DNA from: Bacteroidaceae bacterium
Lineage (GTDB): Bacteria > Myxococcota_A > Bradymonadia > UBA4248
DNA: 54,255 nt
NCBI GenBank assembly: GCA_963633515.1
Contig: CAVGZQ010000001.1
Span: forward strand, 1-54,255
Reading direction: 5' to 3'
This document shows, one piece after another, positions 17,392-26,180 of the stretch (the first letter of the stretch is position 1; each line of letters starts with the position of its first letter). The notes beneath the pieces were generated by a model. That model was not told where the DNA came from. It did not search any database and saw nothing but the letters and a program-made list of their open reading frames with translations. A program made the position numbers and the translations under genes.

Positions 17392-20300
17392 ATGGGATCG
17401 AAAAAAGTGCGCATCATGATCGCGGCGGCAATGGGCATATTTTATGCGGGTTGCGGCAGCGCGGACGGAGAAAAAGCGAGTTTTTCGATATATGCGTCGC
17501 CGTCGCGATCGCATGCTCCCATCGAAGTGAGCTTCGAATTGATGCGCGATGACGGCAGCGATGTTTCGGCTTGCGTCGGGTCGTGGAATTTCGGCGACGG
17601 CGTGACGCTCAGCGGAGAGGCTGCGCCGCGGCATACGTACCGGACCGGCGGCGTTTATGATGTTTCTGCCGAACTTGCTTGCGGCGATGCCAAAGGACAT
17701 GCAACGGCTGGCGTCGAAATATATGATTCCGTCGATTTATCGGTTTCCGGTTTGCAAGCGCGCCCGCTCAATATAACGACCGGCGGAACTTTAAATGTTT
17801 CGGTTCAGGTTGCCAATTCTGCAAACGTTGCTCTCGGCGTTCCGGCATACCTCGATATATATTTGACGGCCGACGGTCAAACGAATACCTATCAAGACGG
17901 TTCTTCCGTGCATTTGTACCGCCAAACGGTTGAAAATTTGGGCAAAAGCGGCGATGACAATTGCGTAAAGCAGCTTTCGATCGAAATTCCGATTCAGTCG
18001 GATATACGGACGGGCGCTTATTATATTGCAGCCGTCATAAACGGCGGCCGAACGATCGGAGAGACTTCTTACGGCAACAATTCCGTTGTTTCGGGGCAAA
18101 CCGTCACGGTGTTGAACGATTTAACCGACGGCGCCGATTTCAAAGCGCTGAGCCTTGATATTTCTCCGGCGGCGACTTCTTTTTTATCGTCGGTGACGGC
18201 ATCATTCCGTTTTGTCAATCAAGGTTCCTCGACCGATGAATCGTTCCGTTATCAAATTTGGATGGGGGCAAAAGATAACGGCGAAGATCGGTCGCAAGGC
18301 GTGCTCGTTCATGAATCGACGATTGAGGGGGGGATGGCGAATGCCGAACAAAGTATCCAAAACGTTCTTATCCCCATTGCGCCGGCGGTAACCGAACATG
18401 GTTTATATTATTTTTGGCTTGCATTAAATCCCGACGAAGCGATCCGCGAGCGCGATATGTCGAATAACGCCATTCGGAGCGCAAGCCCCATTCGCGTCGC
18501 CGACGAAGATATTGCCGACGCCGATATCGCCGTCGAATCTGTATCGATTTCGCCGTCATCGGGCAGTGTCGGCGGCACTTTTTTGACGTCGATTCATGTT
18601 GTCAACCGCGGCGCGCAGCCGACCGGATCTTTTGTTTGCACGATCTTTTTGTCGCCCGACATGTCGCTCGATCCCGATGCGGACATCGTCGCGGGATCGA
18701 TAAATATCGCCGATCTTCCCGCGCATTCTTCGGAAGATGCCGCTTCGATTGCCGAAATCGACACGGGTGTTTCGCCGGGCGATTATTGGGTTTATGTTTT
18801 TTGCGATTCGAGCGGCGTTGTCGCCGAAGTCGAAGAAAACAACAATATACAGCGCGCCGCCGATCGATTGCGCGTAACAGGCGATGCGGATATCGATTTG
18901 GTCGTCGGAGCGGCGGAATATTTGTCTTCGGCTTCGATCCGCGACGGCGATGCCGTTTCTTTTTCGGTTAAACTTTGCAACAAAGGCAAGACCGACGCCG
19001 GTCCGTCGTATATTTCCGCATCCCGCATCAATCAATGCAATAATGCGTCATCCGAAGCCGAACGCCGTTTGATCTCCGGGTTGGCAAGCAACGCTTGCGA
19101 AACCGTAACTTTTACGACGCCGGTTGCATGCGATTTTTGGTGTCCGAATTATCAATTCAAAGTTACGGCGGATGTCACCGATATCGTTATCGAAACGCGC
19201 AAAGAAAATAACACGGCAACGTTGCCGACGATAACGGCAAGCGGTCCGCAGTGCGTTTGTTCGGGCGATGCATACGAGCCGAACGATTTATGGGGACTTG
19301 CAAAAACGATAGGATCCGTCGACGAAGATTTGACGCTGTGTTCAAATGACAAGGATTTTTTCAAACTCGATGTGCCGAAAAATGGTTCTTACGAAGCGCA
19401 TCTCTCGCATGATTCGTCGGCATCGCCGCTTGAAATCGTTTTATATCACGGCACGGCCGCCATCGCATCGTATCACGGGGCAGACGATTTATATATCCGA
19501 GAAAGCCATTATTCATCGGCAGACGGCGATGTAAGGATTTTGATTAAGGGCGTCACTCCGAATGATTTCAATCGCTATCATCTTTCGACATCGATATATT
19601 CCGATGCGGAGGGCATCGATCTTGCGGCATCGTCGCTGACATTCGACGGAATGTTAAGCGCCGCAGAATCCAAAAAAGTCATGCTGAAAGCCGACAATCT
19701 CGGCAGCGAAAAGACGGCGCCGGTAAAAATCGGTTATTATTTGTCGTCCGATACTTCGATCGGCGCGGCGTCAGTGCGCCTTGCGCAGCGCGATTTGCCG
19801 GCATTGATGCCCGGGGCATCGGCTGAGGTTGCCGTCGATATTCTGTTGCCGGGCGATATTCCGGGCGGATATTATTATTTGATTGCCCGCATCGATGACG
19901 AAAATACGCTTGACGATGTGCGTCCGTCGAATAATGAAACGCATTCTGCACGCATGTATTTCGACAAAAGCTGTTACGATTCGCTCGATCCGAACGATTC
20001 GGACAATGCGCGCGAACTCGTCTTCGAGTCAGGCTCAATCCGATATGACGATCTTGCGGTTTGTCAGTCCAATGCCGATTTCTATTCATTCGGCGTTTCG
20101 CACGGCGATCGGCTCGATATATCGGCAACGGCGCAAACAAGCGGCGATTTCGACATTTATCTTTACGATGCCGCCGGCAATGAAATTGCGTCGTCGCGCA
20201 CGGCTTCGCCGACCGAAACGATTCATCTCGATTATATTTTGGGCGATCAAACGCTTATATTGGAAGTGCGGCAAATCGAAAACGATTATAATGCAAACGA

Positions 20301-21336
20301 GAGCAAATATTCGCTTTTTGCCGAAAAGCAATCTGCCGCGCAATGGCTTTCATGCAGCAATGTTTTCGAACCGAACAATTATGCATCGGTTGCGTACGAT
20401 CTTAAATCTGCCGCAACATCGGGAATGACGGCCGAGATATGTCCGGATTCCGACGAAGATTATTATCGCATCGCATTGGCCGAAGGCGATCGGCTCCGAT
20501 TGGGATTCGATGCGTCGTCGTCGATGTTGCGGGCAGGGCTGTATCGCGGCATGCCTTTGCAATTTATTTCGCTCTTGACAAATTTGCGCAGTCAATCTTT
20601 TGATTATACGGCGACGGAAAGCGGCGATTATTATATTCGCGTATTTACAAATGCAACGGCGATCGATGACAAATCCTACCGTCTGAAATGGCTCGGAGCA
20701 TCGGGACCCGACGTCGGCGCATCAAACTTCATCGCGCCTGCGCGAACGCAAGCCGGAGCAGAAATAACCGTTTCGTTTGATATTGCAAATTCCGGAGACG
20801 CCGATGCGCCGTATGCCGCTGCAATATCGATCAATTCCGTTGCGGCAGATACATTTTCGGGCACGCTCAAAGCGAACGCATCCGAACGCGTTTCGCGAAA
20901 AATATCGGTGCCGGAGACATTGTCGGGAAGCGCTGTTTTGCGCGCAGAAGTTGCGTGCGACGGCGATGCAAACATGTCGAATAATGCGATCGAACGCGCG
21001 CTTGCGGTGTTTTCGAAGTGTCAGGATGATGCGGGCGAACCAAACGATAACATTTTGCAAGCCGGCGCAATCGAAGCCTCGGCGAGCGGTTCGATTTGCC
21101 TCGATGACGAAGATTGGTTTTCTGTTCCGCAAACCGCAACGAAAGCGACGCTTACGCTCTTGACGCCGGAGCAAGGTTATCTGAAAATTACGGCATACGA
21201 TTCGAACGGCGCAATGATTGCCGAATCCGATTCGGCATCCGTGCAAGAAATCGTGACTTTTTCCGATGCCAAATACATACGGGTCAAAGGATCGACATCG
21301 GAGAGTTTCGGACTGTATGATTTGAAGATTGAATAG
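17392..21336 (+). CDS. Large lipoprotein with PKD, about 6 CARDB-like and 4 pre-peptidase C-terminal (PPC) domains
   Basis: GGAG SD then ATG 17392. MGSKKVRIMIAAAMGIFYAGCGS (lipobox). PKD motif WNFGDGV...HTYRTGGVYDV. Repeated D(L/I)xVxxxxxxP...N.G modules are CARDB-like. Four copies of (Y/L/F/G)EPN(D/N)....D.D(F/Y/W)(F/Y)... are PPC-like. Confidence 0.85.
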   Translation: MGSKKVRIMIAAAMGIFYAGCGSADGEKASFSIYASPSRSHAPIEVSFELMRDDGSDVSACVGSWNFGDGVTLSGEAAPRHTYRTGGVYDVSAELACGDAKGHATAGVEIYDSVDLSVSGLQARPLNITTGGTLNVSVQVANSANVALGVPAYLDIYLTADGQTNTYQDGSSVHLYRQTVENLGKSGDDNCVKQLSIEIPIQSDIRTGAYYIAAVINGGRTIGETSYGNNSVVSGQTVTVLNDLTDGADFKALSLDISPAATSFLSSVTASFRFVNQGSSTDESFRYQIWMGAKDNGEDRSQGVLVHESTIEGGMANAEQSIQNVLIPIAPAVTEHGLYYFWLALNPDEAIRERDMSNNAIRSASPIRVADEDIADADIAVESVSISPSSGSVGGTFLTSIHVVNRGAQPTGSFVCTIFLSPDMSLDPDADIVAGSINIADLPAHSSEDAASIAEIDTGVSPGDYWVYVFCDSSGVVAEVEENNNIQRAADRLRVTGDADIDLVVGAAEYLSSASIRDGDAVSFSVKLCNKGKTDAGPSYISASRINQCNNASSEAERRLISGLASNACETVTFTTPVACDFWCPNYQFKVTADVTDIVIETRKENNTATLPTITASGPQCVCSGDAYEPNDLWGLAKTIGSVDEDLTLCSNDKDFFKLDVPKNGSYEAHLSHDSSASPLEIVLYHGTAAIASYHGADDLYIRESHYSSADGDVRILIKGVTPNDFNRYHLSTSIYSDAEGIDLAASSLTFDGMLSAAESKKVMLKADNLGSEKTAPVKIGYYLSSDTSIGAASVRLAQRDLPALMPGASAEVAVDILLPGDIPGGYYYLIARIDDENTLDDVRPSNNETHSARMYFDKSCYDSLDPNDSDNARELVFESGSIRYDDLAVCQSNADFYSFGVSHGDRLDISATAQTSGDFDIYLYDAAGNEIASSRTASPTETIHLDYILGDQTLILEVRQIENDYNANESKYSLFAEKQSAAQWLSCSNVFEPNNYASVAYDLKSAATSGMTAEICPDSDEDYYRIALAEGDRLRLGFDASSSMLRAGLYRGMPLQFISLLTNLRSQSFDYTATESGDYYIRVFTNATAIDDKSYRLKWLGASGPDVGASNFIAPARTQAGAEITVSFDIANSGDADAPYAAAISINSVAADTFSGTLKANASERVSRKISVPETLSGSAVLRAEVACDGDANMSNNAIERALAVFSKCQDDAGEPNDNILQAGAIEASASGSICLDDEDWFSVPQTATKATLTLLTPEQGYLKITAYDSNGAMIAESDSASVQEIVTFSDAKYIRVKGSTSESFGLYDLKIE

Positions 21337-21675
21337 TCTTGTTGCATTTCTCGCAATGGTTGCGAAAGGCCGGGAATTTGCGGCGGCTTGTTTGCGACGC
21401 GCGCGAAGTTTTTTGCATCGGCGCATGCCGGGAGCGGATCGATGTCTATCGGTCGGATTGCGCGTCGGGGTTTATTTTGGGGCATTCGGTATTTTTAGCG
21501 CGCCGCGCAGAATTTTCTGTTTGGCCGATGCGCAGTTTTTCCGGCGGCAATCGCTGCCGGAGTGCCGGATGCGGAAATTGCTCAAAAAAGCGATTTGTTT
21601 CCTTTTCTGCCGTCTGCAAATCATTTAAAATGTTCTGCGGGTGTGTGATGTAACCTTTTATGGGAGATTTCTGCC

Positions 21676-23154
21676 ATGGCTCAAGCCCTGCAAAATAAAG
21701 CCTCAGCCAAAAAGGCCGAAGCTGCGCCGACGGTCAAGACGGACAGCCTTCAAAATGCCAAGACGAAAAGCGCGGCAACGGCGCAAGCCGGCAAGATTGC
21801 CGCAGCTGCCGATCATTCTCAAGAGCAAACGGCTTCGCCCGCCGAACAGCTGGTTGCGGCGACAGCGTCGAAAAATAGCGCCGAAATTCTGTCGGCGCTC
21901 CGGGGCATGACGTCGGATGAACGCAAATCGGTCGCCGGGAAAACCGACTTGATGAGCAATCTTGCTGCGCTTAATTCCGACGACAATCTCAACGCAAGCA
22001 TGGACTTGCTTTATGAACATATCTGCGATGATGCGGTTATGCAGACGTTTGTCGAAAAGCGTTATGGCGTCAAGCTCGGCACCAAAACGCTGCGCGGGAA
22101 GATTTTCAAACTTTTGTGCTGCACAAAAGATGAGGAACAGGCTTGGACGGCAAACGGCGCGCGGCATTTGTATTATAGCTTGGGATTGTTGCCCCAAAGC
22201 CATGTAAGCAAAGTGAGCGCAATCACGACGATGAATACCCAAAATGGCGGCGGCGGCGTGGCGCTCGGCTGGACGGGAAGCTACAATGTCAACTACACCG
22301 ATTCCAACACGTCGGCAGTCGCGGGAAGAGGCTATTGCGACACGAAACAAGATTACAAATATGATCTCAATTCGCTCGATTGCACAATGGTGCATGAGTT
22401 GGGACATATCGTCGATGTCGGGCAAAAATATTCCAAACGCGACGACTTCCGCGCCATAAGCGATTGGAAATCCGAGGGCAAATCGGCGCAAAATATTGCT
22501 TCGGCCATCGAATCTTATGCAGCGAATCCTTATCCCGACGGTTTGACCGCCGAAGAAAAAGAAATTGCCCGCGAGGGCGCCAAATTGCTCGTCAAAAATC
22601 GCGTTGTCGGCGATTCAAACGGCAATCCCATCGAAGAAAATATCTTGCCTCGCGTGCAAAAAGCGTATGGCAATCTCGGAAAACGCAGCGGCAAAACGCC
22701 GTCGTTTCTCGATAAAGCTTTCGATATGTTAAAAGGCAATCGCGACAATAACGATTATCGCGGCGCGGCCGAACTTACCAAAGTTTTGATGAATTCTGCG
22801 GTATACAAGCATATCGCGCGTTCGTTTACGTACTATTATGCCGCCGCCGACGGAAAGCGTCATCAATACATGCCGTGGTACAGGGGCGCGCGCAGCGACA
22901 TGCATCGTCAAATCCACGAAGGGTACGAAGGACGCGGTTGGTATTCATTTTCCAATGCGGCTTGGGCGCAGAAGATCAGCATGTATCAGTTCCGCGATCC
23001 CGGAGAAGAGTTTGCCGAACTTTATGCATCGTACCATGTCGCAAGCCCGAAAGGCTCCAAGACGAGTGCCGCGCATAAAGAATGGTTCGAGCGCATGGGG
23101 TTGCATCAGGATGCCCCCGAAAAGACATCATCCGGCAAAGGCGGCAAATTCTAG
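21676..23154 (+). CDS. Putative zinc metalloprotease (HEXXH), no signal peptide, disordered N-terminus; candidate toxin/payload
   Basis: GGGAGA SD. HELGH at 22393-22407 (residues 240-244). Downstream DPGEEFAELYASYH (23002-) is reminiscent of the glutamate-containing third-ligand helix of anthrax-LF-like (ATLF) proteases. The first roughly 75 aa are A/K/Q/T-rich. Confidence 0.7.
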   Translation: MAQALQNKASAKKAEAAPTVKTDSLQNAKTKSAATAQAGKIAAAADHSQEQTASPAEQLVAATASKNSAEILSALRGMTSDERKSVAGKTDLMSNLAALNSDDNLNASMDLLYEHICDDAVMQTFVEKRYGVKLGTKTLRGKIFKLLCCTKDEEQAWTANGARHLYYSLGLLPQSHVSKVSAITTMNTQNGGGGVALGWTGSYNVNYTDSNTSAVAGRGYCDTKQDYKYDLNSLDCTMVHELGHIVDVGQKYSKRDDFRAISDWKSEGKSAQNIASAIESYAANPYPDGLTAEEKEIAREGAKLLVKNRVVGDSNGNPIEENILPRVQKAYGNLGKRSGKTPSFLDKAFDMLKGNRDNNDYRGAAELTKVLMNSAVYKHIARSFTYYYAAADGKRHQYMPWYRGARSDMHRQIHEGYEGRGWYSFSNAAWAQKISMYQFRDPGEEFAELYASYHVASPKGSKTSAAHKEWFERMGLHQDAPEKTSSGKGGKF

Positions 23155-23156
23155 TC

Positions 23157-23798
23157 ATGGGACTGAAGCGATTTATTTCGGTCGGCATGTCGATCCTGAC
23201 CGGTTGTTCGGGAGCGGCGTCTCAGACTCCGATTGCGTGGGAAATGCCTGCGCATTTCGAAGCTTTCCGTCCGCAATCGCCCGATTGCGGGCGCGCCGTC
23301 AAGGCTCTGGAGCGTGCCTGCAAAGGCGATGCAACCATCTATTATAAACTCGGAAACATTGCTTTTGGCGGCGTTACGAGTTCGCCCGTTTTTTTTGCCC
23401 GCGATGCGGGGCACGTCACGCGCCATTATGCGGTGTTGCTCGGTTCAAAAGACGAGCGCGTTGAAACGCTCCCCAATTCCGCGCTCTACGATCAATTCCT
23501 CGCGATTGTTCAAAGCAATCGCACATCTTTGCCGACCGACGTCGTTGTGTCGACATTTCTGCTTTTGGGGCTGGGATCGTATAATCTCATTTCTCAAAAA
23601 ACGATTGAAGAAATGCCCCCGGACGAATCGCGAGGGTTGTTTGCGCCAAAGATTCGGATCGAAGACGGTGCGCCTTTGAGATTGGAGTTTTGCGCGCTTT
23701 CGCAGTCGAATATGACGCGTCCCGTTGCGACGGCATGCACGCTTACGTGTGTGCCGCATGCGCCGATCTTGGCGTGCAAAGATATCGAAGACGCTTAG
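23157..23798 (+). CDS. Lipoprotein, translationally coupled to the HEXXH protein
   Basis: ATG 23157 lies 2 nt after TAG 23152-23154. MGLKRFISVGMSILTGCSG (lipobox LTGC). No family recognised. Confidence 0.65.
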   Translation: MGLKRFISVGMSILTGCSGAASQTPIAWEMPAHFEAFRPQSPDCGRAVKALERACKGDATIYYKLGNIAFGGVTSSPVFFARDAGHVTRHYAVLLGSKDERVETLPNSALYDQFLAIVQSNRTSLPTDVVVSTFLLLGLGSYNLISQKTIEEMPPDESRGLFAPKIRIEDGAPLRLEFCALSQSNMTRPVATACTLTCVPHAPILACKDIEDA

Positions 23799-23843
23799 TC
23801 AAAATAGTTTTGCTTCCGACTCCTCCGGCTATTCCGCGCATGC

Positions 23844-26180
23844 ATGCGATCCCTATTGAGCGGAATCCGCAGGCGGTCTTTTTTTTCAGCCATGATGCGA
23901 TACGACGATATGATGAACTTTACGCCGCAAGACCGCGATTTATCCGCCGAGTCAAAAACTTTTGACGGAGAAAGGTCTTTGTCCGATGCGCAGCTCGAAA
24001 CGACGCCGTTTGAATCGGCGCATGAAATGCTTCGTTTGTACCGCGAGCTCTTTATGGCATTGTGCATGTTCAATATCGCCAAAAATCCCGACAGAATGAT
24101 CGACGATATCGGCGCGTATGCGCCGAGACGCGTCGCTTTTCGCGAAATTTTGTCGCAACTTACGGGCGATCCGTCTTCGAAGGCTGTCGAATGGCTGAGT
24201 TCGAATAAAATACCGAGTTGCGCAAGTTGCTCCGAAATTGCTTCGGCGCTATGGCATAACATTGAAATCCGAATCAATGCAACACAACAGGCATCGGTCT
24301 CGCAGTCGGCAGCCGACGGAATTTTGACGTTGCAGCATCTCGAAAAGCGCTTCGGACTTCATTTCGGCGAAACGATGCTGATAGGCTTTCTTGCCCTTAT
24401 TCAATCCGACGAAATGAGCGCTCGCGCTTATGCGTACGCAACGGGCGAGTCTGCCGAAGCGATTGCGAGCGCAGGTTTTCTCGGGCAATGCCTTGCTTTT
24501 TTCGATGTTTCGTTGCAACGCTTCCGGCGCATGTTCGCCCCGGCAAGCCCGCTCATTCGGTATGGACTCATACGTCAGGTTCATCAGGCGGCTTGGGGCG
24601 AAGAAACGCCGCTGCACCAAATGCGTCTCCTTCTTCCGAATAAAATTCTCGGCATTATTCTTAACGATGAAGAAATTACAGTTGTCGCACAATTATCTTG
24701 CGCAACTCCGGTCAGGCTGTCGCCCCGCGATCCGCTCTTTCATTGCCGAAAGCGCATCGAATCGGCAATTGCCGCTGATACTGCCCGCATTGCTGTTGTC
24801 GATGCGCCCGATTGCGCCGAATGGCTTCAAGATGTTATCGCGGCATGCGGATATCATAGCGCCGTCATTGATTCGCGGTCGCTTCAGAGCGATTATCCCG
24901 ACGGCGATATCGGGGAGCTCGTGCGCGATTTGATCCTATGCGACAGCGTGCTCATCGTTCGATGGCATGAACTTGTGCCCGGACCGGAAACATCAAATGA
25001 TATTGCGTGGTTCAAAAACATCGGACCGCGCATATATCAACGTCTCAAATCGGAGCCGCGACTCCGATTGTGCGTCATTGCCGATCGGCAATCGTTGCTT
25101 ACGCGCGCCGTATTCGGCGATCTTGCCGAAATCGAATTGCCCAAACCGTCGCAAACCGATCAGGCGAAGCTTTGGAGTCAAGCGCTTGCGCTCGAAGTAA
25201 GCAAGGAACAGGCCCGGCAAATTGCCGAACAGCTTTCCGGCGGTTATTGTCTCGCAATGCGCGAGATTCAGTCTGCCATCGAACAAACCCGGGCGCACTG
25301 TCCCGATGCTGAGCTCAGCGCAGACTTGATTACGCAAACGCTCAACAAAACCCGCGGGCGTTCGCTCGAGGGTTTGGCTGCACTGCGCAGCACAACGCTT
25401 ACGCTCGACGATATCGTGCTTTCCGACGATATGCGAGCGACATTCGATGAAGTATTGGCATACGCCCGCCATCGCGATACCGTCATGCATCAATGGGGAT
25501 TCGATAAGTACAATGCAAGCGGCGCCGGGCTCTGCGTTCTGCTTTCCGGCGTGCCCGGCACCGGAAAAACGCTGTCGGCGCTTGTCTTGGCTCATGAACT
25601 CCGGCGCGCGTTATACGTCATCGATTTATCGCGCATCGTCGATAAATATATCGGGGAAACCGAGAAAAAGCTTGCTGCGATTTTCGACGAAGCCGAAAGC
25701 TCTCAAGCCGTTTTGCTATTCGACGAAGCCGATTCGCTTTTCTCGAAACGCACAAATGTCAAATCGTCTAACGATCGATATGCCAATCTCGAAGTCAATT
25801 ACCTTTTGCAACGGCTCGAAGCGTATCGCGGCGTTTCGATTATGACGACGAATTTTGCCGACGGACTCGACGAAGCTCTTGCGCGCCGCATTCCGTTCAA
25901 AGTTCGTTTCCCGATGCCCGACGAAGCAATGCGCGCAATTTTATGGCAACGTCTCATTCCGCCGCGAGCTCCTGTAGGCGATGACATCGATTGCGAAGCA
26001 TTGGGACACGCTTTTGAAATGAGCGGCGGACATATCAAAAATGCCGTTTTCCGTGCGGCCATTCGCGCAGCTCAGGAGGATAATCCCATCGATCATGCCA
26101 TGCTGTGGGATGCCGCGCTTCAGGAATTCCGCGAAATGGGACACGTTATCCGCGACACCGTGTCAGAACAATATTATTGA
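23844..26180 (+). CDS. AAA+ ATPase of the type found in eCIS loci (Afp15-like), with about 550-aa N-terminal region of unknown function
   Basis: Walker A GVPGTGKT (25548-25571) and Walker B LLFDEAD (25713-25733). YIGETEKKLAAIFDEAE...DRYANLEVNYLLQRLEAYRGVSIMTTNFADGLDEALARRIPFKVRFPMPD matches the signature I recall for eCIS-associated ATPases. The start codon is uncertain (Met codons at 23844, 23892, 23910). Confidence 0.8.
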   Translation: MRSLLSGIRRRSFFSAMMRYDDMMNFTPQDRDLSAESKTFDGERSLSDAQLETTPFESAHEMLRLYRELFMALCMFNIAKNPDRMIDDIGAYAPRRVAFREILSQLTGDPSSKAVEWLSSNKIPSCASCSEIASALWHNIEIRINATQQASVSQSAADGILTLQHLEKRFGLHFGETMLIGFLALIQSDEMSARAYAYATGESAEAIASAGFLGQCLAFFDVSLQRFRRMFAPASPLIRYGLIRQVHQAAWGEETPLHQMRLLLPNKILGIILNDEEITVVAQLSCATPVRLSPRDPLFHCRKRIESAIAADTARIAVVDAPDCAEWLQDVIAACGYHSAVIDSRSLQSDYPDGDIGELVRDLILCDSVLIVRWHELVPGPETSNDIAWFKNIGPRIYQRLKSEPRLRLCVIADRQSLLTRAVFGDLAEIELPKPSQTDQAKLWSQALALEVSKEQARQIAEQLSGGYCLAMREIQSAIEQTRAHCPDAELSADLITQTLNKTRGRSLEGLAALRSTTLTLDDIVLSDDMRATFDEVLAYARHRDTVMHQWGFDKYNASGAGLCVLLSGVPGTGKTLSALVLAHELRRALYVIDLSRIVDKYIGETEKKLAAIFDEAESSQAVLLFDEADSLFSKRTNVKSSNDRYANLEVNYLLQRLEAYRGVSIMTTNFADGLDEALARRIPFKVRFPMPDEAMRAILWQRLIPPRAPVGDDIDCEALGHAFEMSGGHIKNAVFRAAIRAAQEDNPIDHAMLWDAALQEFREMGHVIRDTVSEQYY

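Noticed and set aside
17392-21336. Diversity-generating retroelement target (a repeat-rich surface protein could carry a variable region)
   Set aside because: No reverse transcriptase ORF and no template/variable repeat pair with adenine-specific differences was seen anywhere in the window.
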